Shown piece after piece: positions 48,912-62,012 of a stretch of 64,000 nt of DNA; the first letter of the stretch is position 1; each line of letters starts with the position of its first letter. The stretch is from positions 51,832,001-51,896,000 of the forward strand of contig OX638157.1 in assembly GCA_951804945.1 (NCBI GenBank), written 5' to 3'. The position numbers and the translations under genes are program-made. The notes beneath the pieces were generated by a model. That model was not told the DNA's origin. It ran no database searches and saw only the letters and a list, made by a program, of their open reading frames with translations. Origin of the DNA: Podarcis cretensis (Eukaryota).

Positions 48912-51900
48912 TGTGCATATTATGTTTGTCAAAATGTTGCTAAGCTACAACATGTACCTCTTCAAATGTAATGTTTAAAGTATATTTGTTTCTGTTTTTC
49001 ACTTTGTACACATCATGGAAACAAACCTAGGGAAGGGTCTAATATCTATCTCAGCTTCCAACACCATTTCTGTTATATATACGGTACATAAGAATAAAAA
49101 GCCACAACCAACCACAATGCATATGAGTTTTGAATGCCAACACCTATAGAAGGCAAATCTATAGCATAGTGTTGCACACCACTCCAATCTTCAAGCAGTC
49201 TGAGATTCCAGGGGTCCCACAGCCTTGGATCCCAGCCGAAATCAAACGCTGCTTTGACACTCTTTCCAGCTTGCTGCTTTCTCTTCCAGTTTCTGGCTCG
49301 CATCACTCAACTCTCTACTCTGGCCTTTTTTCCTTCCATTTGCCATCTCACACAGATCCACTTCCTTGGTTCCCTTAATGGCCCATCGCCCAGGCAACCA
49401 CCTCAACAGGAAGCTAGCCTGCCTTAAAATATAACACTTGCTGGATCCAGCGATTAGGAGGGTCTCTGCATACAGCCTACTTCCCCCCACACCAAGTGCA
49501 TAACAATATATTCCTTGAAACTATAACACATGACAAAGCCTTCCATTTTCCAAGGGCCAAATGGGAAAATAAGAATCACGAATTTAATGGAGTTGCTATG
49601 AAGATGAGTACTAGGAGGATTGTAAAATGTGAAGGCCACAATCCCGACATACCTGAGTCCTGCTGATTTTTAAAAATATATCCCCCCCAAAAAAATTATT
49701 ACAAATCAAAACAAATTACTTTAATTTAATACAATTTCTTAAAATCACGTTTCCCGCTCCTATTGCAAACATATGTCAATCATGTTTGGGAAAGAGAGAA
49801 ATTTTGTTCCTTATCACTTAGGATTGTTTCACAGGTACACAATTTCTTATCACCACTTGATGATCCTGCTGAAAAGTATTATATGGAAGTACTATTTGTG
49901 CTACTGTCCAGGGCATGACCTGAAGTGAAGACAAATGATGTAATAACCTTATGGAAAGCTAAGCAGATTGGGGTCTATTAAGTGCAATGCCCAGATGGCT
50001 GAAAGGCTGGATATAAACGTAATGAATAAATGTGTGGTGATGACTCATTCACACGTGGAGGTCATTCCTTGAAATTGCACTCAGTGTGTAACAAACTTTG
50101 ATGTGTGAATGAGCCTTTAGACTAGGCCATTTCTGTCACTTTATTGCAGAATAGAAATCACTCTGATAGCAGCTGCCTAAAATGGCATTGGCTACTGTTG
50201 CTCAGGCTCTGGGGACAGCACTTCCAAACTATTACTCACAGCATGATGACCATTTCAGCAGGTCACAGCAGATATTTTCCTGCTAGATTCTCACTTCCTA
50301 CCCCTGCATCTTCTATACTAGTTTCCATCTTTAAAACTTTACTGTTTGCAAACTTTTGGAGCTTCCCTCCCCCCAACTCCTTTCCTTTTTCTTTGCTGGG
50401 CAATAAATAGCAACCCAACAAATGCATACAAATGGCTTTCCATTAGAATTTTAATGTACTCTTGGAATGAAAGAAAAGCTTAATATAAATCTTTTTAAAA
50501 AATAAATAAATAACCAGAACATAAATTCAGACTGGGACATTGCCACCTAGGCTGAGCTGGAGAGTTCACTGTCTGCTGTCCCCCTCGTAAATTAACTGAG
50601 GTCTCCTGCTGCTGTAAATGAATAGCGCATCTTGGAAAAGATCATATCTGTCAAGATTGCAGATTGGTTTTCTCTCAGAGTTTGCAAAAAGTCACAGCTT
50701 TACAATGCCTTCATTATGTCGATGAGAATGGCTTCCCAACTGGAAAGTAATGTGTGTTTTATTCCGTTAGGCCTAAGATTTACAGAAAAAGCAATTTTCC
50801 TTCACAGTCAAGATACAACTCCCACCCCCACGAAAAATGTCATTTCACGTCTTTCATTCAGTCACCTTTTTACTGACAAATGTATATTCTTTCGGCTTCA
50901 TGTGTACTCAAGAATTGTGACATTTAATGGCCAAGTAAGGTTAATCACAGGTGAGTGCATATACCTGATGGATATTGCAGCCAAGGCTGCATTCTCTGCC
51001 TTAAGAGAAATTGAATGATCTGAGCATATGATCTGGAGTCTCTCACACTTCTGTAAATGTGGGTAGCTAATATTTCAATTCCATCTGGAGAGCTAGGAAA
51101 TCCACCTCAAAATGTTACAATACGCTAGGACTGTGACCTAAAAGGAAAAAAAGGAAGGTAAAGAGATATATATGTATATATTGTGCCCGCAAGTAGGGCT
51201 AGACGCTTCTCTCTTTCTGACTTTGCATGACTGCAGTGCACTTAAAGACAAGTGTAGAACTGTTTCTGGCTCAGCTTTTAATTTACTAGTTTCTGTCACA
51301 ATCCTGGACATTATGTGCACTGACCTTGTACTTGGCTACATGAATGCAAATAGGCAGTTTTCTCAGGGCAAAGTGCCCTATTAGCATTCATTAATGCTAA
51401 TGCTAATGTTACTCCTCGGTGCAGCATAAAACTCTTAATGCCAAGTTATTTGCTGAGGAGCAATATAAAAATTGCTACTCCACAGCGAGCCTAAGCCACC
51501 TGCTGCTCCAAATCAGCAAGAAGATAATGAAGTGTGTGTCTGCTTGCTTTCGTTATGTAAGTGACTATTTCAAAATGAACAGCAGTTCTAAGGCTGTCTT
51601 AAGGGGTTTTTTTTTTCGAGGTCTGAGACAAATGTGTTAATGAGGTCCCTGCCACCCTTTGCGCAGGCCAGTTTTGTTTGAACTTGCCACAGAGTTTTCG
51701 CACAAAATGGTTGGTTTCATTTTTCACATACTTCCCTTCTCTTTATTTCCTTAGAAAGCTCCAAAACAACTGCCATTTTAAAACAAACCTGTTGTTCTGT
51801 TTCACCGTATCTTTTTACTTTTTACCTAAGCATATTTGCATCCCAGAGAATTGTCCCTTCCCTTGTACGATCATATTGCTGCAATCCAATGTGGAACCTT

Positions 51901-54760
51901 ATGGTGCAGGGCAGTAGGAAATCTCTTAAATAAATTAAATCAAAGCTAGGAAAGCTATAAGTCATCAGTTATTCTAACCCCTTGCTTCCATTCTTAATGT
52001 GTGGACTAGGTTAACATAGCAACATAGCAAAATAAAAGGTACAGGTTTCACTACTAATAGAGATCTCTAGCTCAGCCTGCTCTAACAGGTTTACTTTCTG
52101 TGTGACTAACAGTCACCTGTAAAATTCAGAGGTGAGGGAGTAGGAATTCAATCTATGTCTCATTGGTGCTGGTAGATACTATATATCTCAGTCCTCCTCT
52201 AAGGAGCTCAGATTGTTCTACATGAGGGTGAGGACTCTTTTTCTGCCCAAAGGCCGCATTCCTTCATGAGCAACCTTGAGGACCCAGGTGCAGGGCTTAC
52301 CAGGGGCAAGGGGTGTGAAAGCAGCACTAAAGGCATTGCACAACAACTTGGGATCAAAATGGCCACAATTTTATTGATTATATATGCCAGTAGGCTTTGG
52401 CATAGGCATTGGGTATGGATCCTGAACCAACTAACCCGTTTGCTGGTTGATTACTCCACCAGGGTCAATCCAGAGATAAAGGATTCCCCCCATGACACAG
52501 GATCAAATAGGCCAAACCCACCAGGACACCATTGGGGGAGTTATATGGCCCATTAGCCCCCATCTAGGCTTTCAGACAAAACTCCCCCGCCCCCGGACCG
52601 TTTTACCCGGGTACCCTTGTTCCAGTTTAGACTAAGAATCCAACCCAATTCCTTTTTCTGCCATCTGAGTCAGCCTCTCCTCACTGTCTTGCCACCAAAC
52701 CACTCACATCTACAAGCAATCACACAAGCCCCTGTAGCTATCCTGTAGCCAGGCCTCATTGCCCTGAAATGATAGATGCAAGCCACCAGGCCTGAAATGC
52801 TTTGTATCGCTGAAACAGATGCCAAGGTGCTGAATCACCTGGCCTCCCAATTGTTCCACTGTGCTGCACATTGCCCTGTTCACTTTCTTTCAGAAGTCCC
52901 AACTTCAGATCCCACTCTCAGCAGAAGTCTGATGTTCCTACATGCACACAATAATGCACGCACAAATCTATCCCCCTGTCCAGGAAAGCAAGAGGCATAT
53001 CACAGTTCGAGGAAACATGTCAGCCTGGCAAAAGCATTCAAGCAGAGCACAGAGCAGGACAATGGAGAGGTGCAGCCTGGAGAGAATCTAAAGAGAGAGT
53101 GCATTTACCCCTGGGTTTCGGAGTCTCCACTGCGCTAATCACTGCACCTGTTCTCGCCTCAACACACATTAGGCCGTATGTCTGCACATTTAGCTAAAAC
53201 TCACATCCAATCCATATTTTCATGTAAATCAACTCTATTGATAACTTGAGCAGCAAGCAGCTTCTAAATGCAGATAATCAAATGGTTAGTTTTAAGAAGG
53301 CTTAAATAGATGGTTGAATCTAGCTGAGATGAAAGAGGTGGCAAAAAGTCAATGCAAGGCCAGGCCCTCCAGGTTGCAACTCAGAGTGGCAGAGAAACAA
53401 TGCCAGTGAGAGGTCTCCAAGATCTGGTCTAAATAGGATTAGATATTCTACATAGGTATAACCAATCAATGCACGATAATAGATGCTAAGGCTTGAACAG
53501 TTGCTAACAGTTCCCTAAAGGGAACATTTAAAATGTTCAAAATACAGGGAAGGGGGGGCATCTAAGAAATAACATAATGCTCAATTGGTGCAGAACACCA
53601 CTATGCTGGCTCTTTTGTGGAACTAAAAGAGCACCAGAGCTTTTGAAAGGGCGCTTTTGTTCCCATATTTTATTCTGAAAGGATTTGCAGCAATTGCCAA
53701 AAGAAAGATACTATAATGGCTGCTTACCTACAAGTCTGCTTTCTTCACAATGCAGGCCTTTCCCTGCAGACTTTCTGCAAGTGATGGTTCCAGGTACATT
53801 GCTAAAGTTATTTCCATTCACTTTAACAGCTTACTCAAAGAGGAGTCAGGGGCAGCATAAAAAGTTTTTTTTTAAAAAAAAAAATCTGCATACAAAGAAA
53901 GGTTTTATCTATTGTATTCTAACTTTAGAATAGTTTTTCCCCATTCCAAATGTTAGGTTTTATAGAAGGTCTCTCATTTGAAGGGGAACAAGTTCAGTTT
54001 TAGGTACAGCATATGCCCACTTTGCAATTTCTTAATCTTCACTTTAATGTTAACATGCCATCAGCAGAACAGATGGTGACCATTCAACAATAATAGCGGT
54101 TCTCTGACAACTATATTAGAGGGATCAGGCCGCCGTAAGGTGTACCTCGTAACAATAGTTTTTACCCTTTCCTTATTTTGCAGTTGTAACTGTTTTATTT
54201 AGTTTATAATTGTATATTTTATTGCTGTAATCTGCCCTGGGACCTTATGGTCAGTGGGACTGTATGGTCAACTCCCATTGTTCTAGGTGCATTTTGCGAC
54301 AGGAAATTTCATTAGCGCGAGCAGTTTCTAAGCTCTGGTCACCTGAGATTTCAGATTAAAGCTGCAGAGTGGAAGGAAGAGAGGACCCTTTTCTGCCTCC
54401 CCACTTCCAGCCACTCTCTGAAGACTGGAGAAGAGACCCTCTTAAGAATATTAGGGGGGTGGGCAGAGGAAGGACTAGACCATGTGAAAAATGAACATAA
54501 TATTTGGGCTACAGTTCATTCATTTTCAGCTTTGTATTCTTGTTATAAAAAAGCATGCCTAGACATTCTCTTGTTGTGTCCAGGTTTAAGGTGCCATTTA
54601 GCTCCTAGCTTTCATATCTCAGTTTCTAACACTGCTTATGGTAAAGGGCAGATAATAAATTGATGGGCCAGATTCCTGCTGGCCCACTATTCCAGCATAT
54701 CAAAATGGCAGTTCTCAGTCCGCAGCTGCTGCTCCTCTGCAGGATCCAAGAGGCAGGAAA

Positions 54761-55043
54761 CTTTGAACAGTCATGGCTTATCCCAAAGAATCATTTGAAC
54801 AGTAGTTAAAGGTGCTGAAAGTTGTTAGGAGATCTCTATCCCAGTCTCAGAGTTAAAATTTCTAGAGTTCCCAGTGAAGAGGGGTTGATTGTTAAAGCAC
54901 TCTGGCAATGGTTGCTTTGTGAGGGGGAAAACTGTCTCCTAACAACTCTCAGCACCCTTAATAAACCACAGGATTCTTTGTGGGAAGCCATAATTGTTAA
55001 AAGTGCTATAATACTCCCTTAAATGTATAGTACAGAAGAGGCC
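54761..55043. mobile_element. Long palindromic MITE (Harbinger-like), left end truncated
   Basis: Inverted arms ggtgctgaaagttgttaggaga (54811-54832) / tctcctaacaactctcagcacc (54935-54956), and catggctt-tcccaaagaatc / gattctttgtgggaagccat. Confidence 0.75.
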
Positions 55044-55630
55044 TAGGACTTAGTATGAGGTGAGAAGTGTCCCTGCTCTGTGTGTTGTCTTCTCAGTAAA
55101 AACACCACACACACACATAAAAATAAAAAAGATACATAGCTAAATTCTATGTCGTAAGTGGTTTTTTCCAGTTTGGCCCTGTAACAACACTATGTGAGGC
55201 ATATTTAAAAAGCCACATACCTCTGAGAGGAAGTGTCTCTGTCTCTGTTTTAGCTAGCACAGCCAGTGTTTTCAAGATGGATTCACAACACATACACCGC
55301 TTCCCAAATTACAATAGCATCCCTTTTTCTTTTTTTTTAACAAATATCGCAACACAATTGTTTCTCATTAAATTGCAACAGTCCCCAACTGGGCTTTACC
55401 TCTTCAGGCTCAATTCACATATTAACCATATTCAAATACTAACATTCTCGTCTTAGGAATCAATTTGGTGGTTGTTTTCGGCTATAATCATCTTAGGTCA
55501 AACATGAAGCAGCAAAATGGCCTTAGATCATTCTAGCATTCTGCTCCCTGAGGAGAAATCTTTTGGCTCTGGCTAAAATATTGTGATTATTGCGATTGGT
55601 TTTTATTGATTTATTGGTTTGTTTGTTGCT

Positions 55631-55792
55631 TGTATAGGATACCTTGTTTTTTAATGTTTCATGTTTTGTTGTTTTATATGTTGTAAGCCACCCAGAGTGG
55701 CTGGGGAAACCCAGCCAGATGGGCGGGATATAAATTTATTATTGTTATTATTATTATTATTATTATTAGTTGTTGTTGTTGTTGTTGTTGTT
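55631..55792 (+). mobile_element. L2-type LINE 3' tail with terminal stem-loop followed by (TTA)n(TTG)n repeats
   Basis: tgtaagccacccagagtggctggggaaacccagccagatgggcgggatataaat, then a compound microsatellite at 55736-55792. Confidence 0.75.
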
Positions 55793-56820
55793 CTAAAATA
55801 GCCAAAATCTTGAGGAAAGGAAGGGCCTGCTCTTTGAATTGTGCCTTTTCTTCTTTGTATGACAGCTCCATTTAAGTGTATGAGTTCAGAATGACAAATT
55901 GCTATAAATTCTGGCATTTTGGTAGGGGGCTACACAGGGGGCAGGGATCTAGAGCCCAGGTTTCATCCTCCATCCTATTTAATTAACTGATTATATCATG
56001 GATATTAGCACTGTGTGTCTATAATAGTTTGGTGTGTGTGTGGAAATATGCTGGCTGACTCAAACATTATTATTAAATCAGGACTGGCTAGTGTTGATAC
56101 CTTTTCCTGGCTAGGTCTCTAGAACCTTTCATGGCTGCATGACAATATCTCCCTTCATATCTTGTGCACTTGGAGGACAGTCATGTGTAGAACAAGAAAT
56201 GGGGTCAGGCCTGCTCCTTGTTTTGCACATCTGCCCTTGATGCGGGTAACTCATGAAGGCGACTATATGATGAATACAGTAGCCACGTCTGCATCACCAA
56301 AAAAGGCAGGTGAAATATAGTGCTCATTTGCACAAATTTTTCATGTTGTGTATATGTGTGCATATATTAGGAATAATTGCTGTAATTTTAATAGAAATAC
56401 ACCTCGCTATAGTGGAGAAGTCTATAATAAGGTAAAATCCAGTCTTCTTGAGTTCTTACAAGGGTACTCCTGCTTGGGAGTGAGGATGAACCACAATGTT
56501 TTATGGCAAGTCTCCCTTGGTTTTTTTTGTTACACGATGGTTAAAAGTAGGGTGGTATGTAAATTCAACAAATAAAGTAATAATAATAAGTCATAAATAG
56601 AAGTACATGAATTGTGTGGGGAAAACAGAGCAAAATTACAGTTGGAAAACAGTCCACCATCTGTTGTGAATGGTGACGTACTACAGGCAGGTACAGTACT
56701 AATATAAGAAAGGCTGTTGTAAGATGTGTTACCACTGGTCACTGTACATTATGGCTTTGGACAGCTTTTAGAGCTGCTGCTGGTATATGCCGTAATATTT
56801 TTGCTCCAGAAATATATATA

Positions 56821-57062
56821 CAGTGGTACCTCGGGTGAAGAACTTAATTCGTTCTGGAGGTCCATTCTTAACCTGAAACTGTTCTTAACCTGAGGTGCCA
56901 CTTTAGCTAATGGGGCTTCCAGCTGCCACTGCACCGCTGCCGCACGATTTCTGTTCTCATCCTGAAGCAAAGTTCTTAACCCGAGGTACTATATCTGGGT
57001 TAACAGTGTCTGTAACCTGAAGCATCTGTAACCCGAAGCATCTGTAACCCGAGGTACCACTG
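56821..57062 (+). mobile_element. Tc1/mariner-type MITE, copy 3
   Basis: Perfect 16-bp TIR CAGTGGTACCTCGGGT / ACCCGAGGTACCACTG, TA duplication, inserted into a (TA)n run. Confidence 0.92.
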
Positions 57063-57630
57063 TAAATGTTTTTTAAAGCAACACAACATTTTTGTGTTGC
57101 ACTATTATCATGCTAACATTATATACATAAAAAACTAAGAATTATTATCACCATCGTGCATTAATGGCTCTGTTGATTCCCGTTTAACAGCATCCGTCTC
57201 CAAGAAACAATGGTGTACAGCAGTTGTCTGATGTGAACTGTGATTCCAAGGCTATTGCCAAATATGAATAGAAAATGCTCTAAAACAGTGTGAACAGTAC
57301 TTTGGAGATAACCATTTTATTTAGACTACTGGTTGTTATTTTAATTGCTTACAAAACACTAACAAGCGCCGATAAGATTCAGCCCCAGCTGTGATGCTTT
57401 GCAGCTGCACATCATGATGCGGCATTTTCCCACCATGACTCTGCAGCACCATGTCATGAAAGTAATTACAATACAATTTATTTATTTTATTGCAAGCACT
57501 AACATTATTCCCAGTACAATATTTAACAGTTTGAACAGTGCCTGCTTAAAAATAAAAAATAAAAAAATGATCATGAGTCCAGAGCTCGAGCATCAAATAA
57601 TCATGATAGTGTGTGGTGGGGGGTTCTATT

Positions 57631-57840
57631 TTATTCAGGAAGGTTTTTGCGCTGCTGAGTTTGAGTCAGGTTTTATTGACTTCGGTTGGATTTATATTTA
57701 TGCTGCTTTAGTGTTTTATGACTGCTGTTTTAATTTGTTTTATATGTGGGGTTTTTTTTATTCTATTTGTAAGCCACTGTGAGAACCCTCTGGATTAGTC
57801 AGCAGGATATTAACTAGTAGAAATAAAAAAATGTAAATAA
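57631..57840 (+). mobile_element. L2 LINE 3' tail fragment
   Basis: ttattcaggaaggttttt, T-rich tract, tgtaagccactgtgaga...gcaggatat, A-rich end. Confidence 0.55.
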
Positions 57841-57949
57841 TGTTATACTTGCAGTATGTTTAGCACAGCAGCCAAGCAGCTAGCGAATTTTTCTAAAAGC
57901 TGAGAATTAGCAATGACTCCCACAAGTATATCATCCGCAATCAACTCTC

Positions 57950-58112
57950 TGTAGATCCATTCCAATCCAGGTCCATGCCTGGGCATGGGAATAAGCCAGT
58001 CTTGGTCACCCCGATGGATGACCTTTGCAGAGTGGACAGGGGGAGTGTGAACTTACCGCTGCTTCCTGATAGCTCATTGCCTTTTGATACCATTGACCCT
58101 GGATCTGCTCCA
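57950..58112 (+). mobile_element. L2 LINE reverse transcriptase fragment
   Basis: Decayed DPFQS..PGHG...VLVTPMDDLCRVDRGSVNLPLLPDSSLPFDTIDPG, cf. L2 RT DPFQSGFRPG.GTETALV...DDL....DRG..S.LVLLDLSAAFDTIDH. Confidence 0.8.
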
Positions 58113-59814
58113 GAAAATGGGAATTGAGGGCAATCTGTTACAGTGGTTCCAATCCTACCATTGGGACAAAGTCCTGAGAGGATCATTGTGAGAATGCTTT
58201 TCAGCCACTTAGCAACTATGTTATGGGATGCCATAGGACAAGCTGTGGCTGTGGCGCAGCTACACACACACACACATATCACCTTTTGGGTGGCACAGTA
58301 TTGCCTGCCTTACTTGAGTCTGGTGACAGCACCCATTACCACAAATGTAAAATTCTGAAATTTTAGAATTTGTGGAGGGAGATATTATGATAGAACAAAA
58401 CGTGTTCATTTATAAATCTGCATAGAAACAACCCAGCAGTTTCTAGTCTGTAGTGATTTCATGCTTTTAAAAAATTTCCAAAGACAGAACAAGTAATCAA
58501 ATTCCATAGTTCAACATGAACCCCTTGATCCTTTCAATATAAAACAAGTGTAAAATATTGACGAGTATATGATGATTTAAAGGAGAAGAAAGGAGAAAAA
58601 TAGAGTAGAATGGAGTACGTGACAAGTCTTTCGGAGTGGTTTTTAAATCTATGAACAACCCACAATATTTCAGTATAGTTTAAACAATGGCTTAATTTGT
58701 GTTGTGCTCCTAGGCACGATCTTGCCCTGGTAGATTTAATATTTTCAAATAATATCTAAGTGCCAGCAGATCCCCAAAGACAGCTTCATATAGTAGCAAA
58801 TGGATACTAGGTTATATCAGTGGTCTGTTTGTGGGCCTCAGTGCAATGAACACTCCAAACTGTTGGCTTCATAGTCATCCCCAAAGGACATTTAGATAGC
58901 AAGAGTTTTGCTATTGCAGCAACAGACGAGGAATTTGTCACCTGAAAACAAAAGCTGTAACAATGAATGCTTCTGTTATGTGCTACAGTTGTTAGCAATC
59001 AACAGCAAGAGGAGGGGCAGGAGACAGAAAAAAACTGGACAGGGAGCACATATGGGAAAACAAATCTTCGAAATCTTGTCTGAGCAGCTATAAACTGAAA
59101 TATTGTTCAGTAGGAAGTGAGGCTTTAAACATTAAAATGTGCTGGCAGAGGGTTAGAAAGCAAGTATTCTGGCTGGCTAAAGCAATTCAGTAACTAAGAA
59201 GTGAACAACCCCACATGAACTGTGGCTTCAATTGCTATATTGTTAACACAAAGGCTTAATTCTTTTAACCATTAAAATATTTTGCTGAGTTCTTTTGCAG
59301 CAGGTTTTGTCTTGTCTTGCTGGTAAGTAATGAGCTCACCTGCATCATCTCTGATGGCTTTGAGTATTTCGTCTGATCTAGATGGTTTTGGTCCCTAGAG
59401 GATTCAAACAACTCCTAAAATGTTGTATTTTTAACCTTCCCTAGAACCCTTGGCTTCAAAAGTAACTTTTAAAAGAGCATAGGTCTAGTCTTAGCACATG
59501 GGGTGGTAAGTCCTAAAAGACTTTTGTGGGGAACTTTAACAAAATATTGCACAATGTTCACTGTTTCAGTCAGCAAGTCGTTCACCACTAGTCCATTATA
59601 TTCAGCATTCTGTGGTCACTGAACATGCTCAAGCCTTTTAAGGCAGTTTGCTCCCCCCCCCCCAAATATGGAACACTGTGGTTCCGTTTGGGAGAATAGG
59701 AATTCCTATCTATGAATATTTCAACATCCTTACTGAACAGTAGGACTACCATTCCCTTTATCTTCCTTTTGTATTGAACATACCTAGAAAAGTCCTTTTT
59801 GTTGCTCACTGGCC

Positions 59815-61060
59815 TCATTTGCTACAGCATTTCACTCTCTTGAATGTCTGTGCCAGTGTTCACATTTTTGACATGAAATGCTACCTCCACATTTCTTTCT
59901 GTTGCATCTGTTATTTTGGAACAAGTTAGAGCCTTCAGTTCCTAAATTCTAATTATTGAAGTCATCTCACCAAGTCTGTTATACCTGTCAAGTTGAATGT
60001 ATCTTCCAATACTAGAAGTTCATTATGTTTATTATCTGTACTCTGCACACTGGGATACATTTAAATCCTTAGATACTCTTTTCTACTGACTCACCTGTTA
60101 CTTTAGTACTGTATAAGGTTTCCAGGTACCCCCATACGTCTCCCAGTTTCTTCTGTAGCAAATTCCTATTTTTAGTGCTTGCATTTGGATTTACCCTTAT
60201 AGGTAATTTATCCTTACCCCTTTAAAGACCTTTTGATCAAGCACCCCATTTTTTGCCAAATACATTTTCTCCAGCCCTCAGGAGGTAGCCTATAAAGAAA
60301 GCTTACACCTTGGGTCCCAGAAACTGAACATCTCAGATGGATATTCATCTGCGTAGCCAGTAATTCACTTGAAGAAGTCTACTTTTTTGTACTCCTCTCC
60401 TCTTTACGAGAAGAATTAATGTGATCTTTAGGCAAGAAGGGTGGGATATAAATTTAATAAATAAATAAAAGTCAAACATAAAATGTAGTTCTGCCTGGCA
60501 AGTAGGGCTGATGAGTGTTCAGTCTTGGGCAACCTGTCTCTCATACCCTGAATCCATACACTGAGGAGACAGTGTACTTCATGAGTTTAACAGGCCTGGT
60601 CAGCACACAGCCATCTCTCAGTAGGGGATCCCCAATCACCACCACCCTTCACCTTTTTTCTACAGACAGTAGTTGAACTGCCTTAGTCTTTGAAGGGTTG
60701 AAAGGCTTCCTTTCTACCTAGCACAACCTGCTGCAGCTGTCCTCTATCAGGATCCTCAGTCACACTCATTAGAAAGATACTAAAAGGTTTTTCTTAGTTC
60801 CTATAGATCAGAATGCCTTTGACATCCTGTCTTCCATGCAGTTTTATCTTCCCCATTGCCATTCTCATCATCTTACCTGACAGTCTCTCCCCGCTTTTCC
60901 TTGCTGAGCTGCCCTCTTGTCCTCTCCAAGAACTCATCTTCTCTAATGAGGCAAGGTGTGGAAACACAGTCCTTACTTCCTCTTTCAACAAAGCAATCAG
61001 CTCACACTTGCTGCAGGTGTAGTCTTGCAACTCCACTGGGTCTGTGCTGTCCACTTTCTT
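59815..61060 (-). mobile_element. Degenerate CR1 LINE 5' portion: ORF1 (zinc finger/leucine zipper plus esterase) and start of ORF2 endonuclease
   Basis: Minus strand: YTCSKCELIALLKEEV...VSTPCLIREDEFLERT (~60915-61025); RVVVIGDPLLR...EVHCL (GDSL-type esterase, ~60540-60660); QSTDNKHNEL...LTGIT and EGSNLFQNNR...VAFHVK (APE endonuclease N-terminus, ~59870-60070). Confidence 0.8.
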
Positions 61061-61479
61061 GGCTCTTGTTTACATCTTAAGACTCTGCCTGCTGATGAAC
61101 TGGCTTTTGCTTCTTCCTTAACTTCTTTGTTTAAACTTTGCTTGGATGTCTGCAATATTTTTGCCTGCTGTTGCAGAGAGTGCAGGGTCTCAATAACTCA
61201 AACCTCTGATCAGGCCACAGCAATCTTGTGTCTTCATCAGAGACTCCTGGGAGAGTATGCAGACAAGCATTCATCAGAACAATAACTTACCTCAGAGAGT
61301 TGTTGAGTGACTCTAAGAAAGCTATTCTTGATGCTCATTTGATTCACCATACACCCTGTAGTAACCCCTAAACTCCAAAGGCTTAAAATATGGTGCATAT
61401 ATTGTGTATCTATTTATTATCCCTCTTCTGAAATGCTCAGAACTTATCATATTCCTTCAGACAATTTTGCCTACTAGAT

Positions 61480-62012
61480 CAAGGGCTCATGACCTTTTTG
61501 CAACGGTGTAGCATAGGTTACCAGTGCCTGGGGCTGTGCAAGTGGTGGGTGGGAGGGAGTGAAACATACGGAGTACGCATGCACGTTTCAATTGCCTTAC
61601 AGTGTCCAAATCACCCAGGAGATTGCAGCCGCAGACATAAGAAAAGAGTCATTCCATTGTCTGGAGAGGTCACTTCCTGGTTCACATGAAGAAGCCATTT
61701 TCAACAGAACCCAGAAACAGAAGCACACAACTGTAATGAGGCAGCACTGGATGTTGAAATTTTGCACTCCTAATTTTGTGCCTGGGGCAACCATGCCTGT
61801 GGCCCTCACCACGCTACATCACTGCCTTTTTGGACCCAAGGGCACATTTGCAAACAGGAGGAACTGTTGTGGACTCCACTTACACCAGAATCAATTGTTA
61901 GTCACTATGGAATGCTTCTGTCAAGCCTAATTTCAGCAGAAGGGCCCTTTTGGCACCAGGGCAGGCCACTTAGGGCTACATGTGTGTCTCTGGGCACAGG
62001 AGTGGTGAACTC
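61480..62012. mobile_element. hAT (Charlie-like) MITE interrupted by a second hAT element (3' end approximate)
   Basis: caagggctcatgacctttttg | insert | gacccaagggcacatttg rejoins into a typical hAT MITE start once the insert and one TSD copy are removed. Confidence 0.55.
61501..61824. mobile_element. hAT (Tip100-like ends) non-autonomous element nested in another MITE
   Basis: Perfect 8-bp TSD CCTTTTTG (61493-61500, 61825-61832); imperfect TIR caacggtgtagcat / acgctacatcactg. Confidence 0.85.

Noticed and set aside
52220-52640. Possible hAT fragment followed by a minus-strand LTR-like sequence
   Set aside because: Looks repeat-derived, but I could not define termini or a TSD, so it is not called as a feature.
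55651-55917. ORFs with poly-T/N/Q/I tracts (similarly RE- and IY-repeat ORFs at ~41.4 kb and ~63.6 kb)
   Set aside because: Translations of microsatellites.
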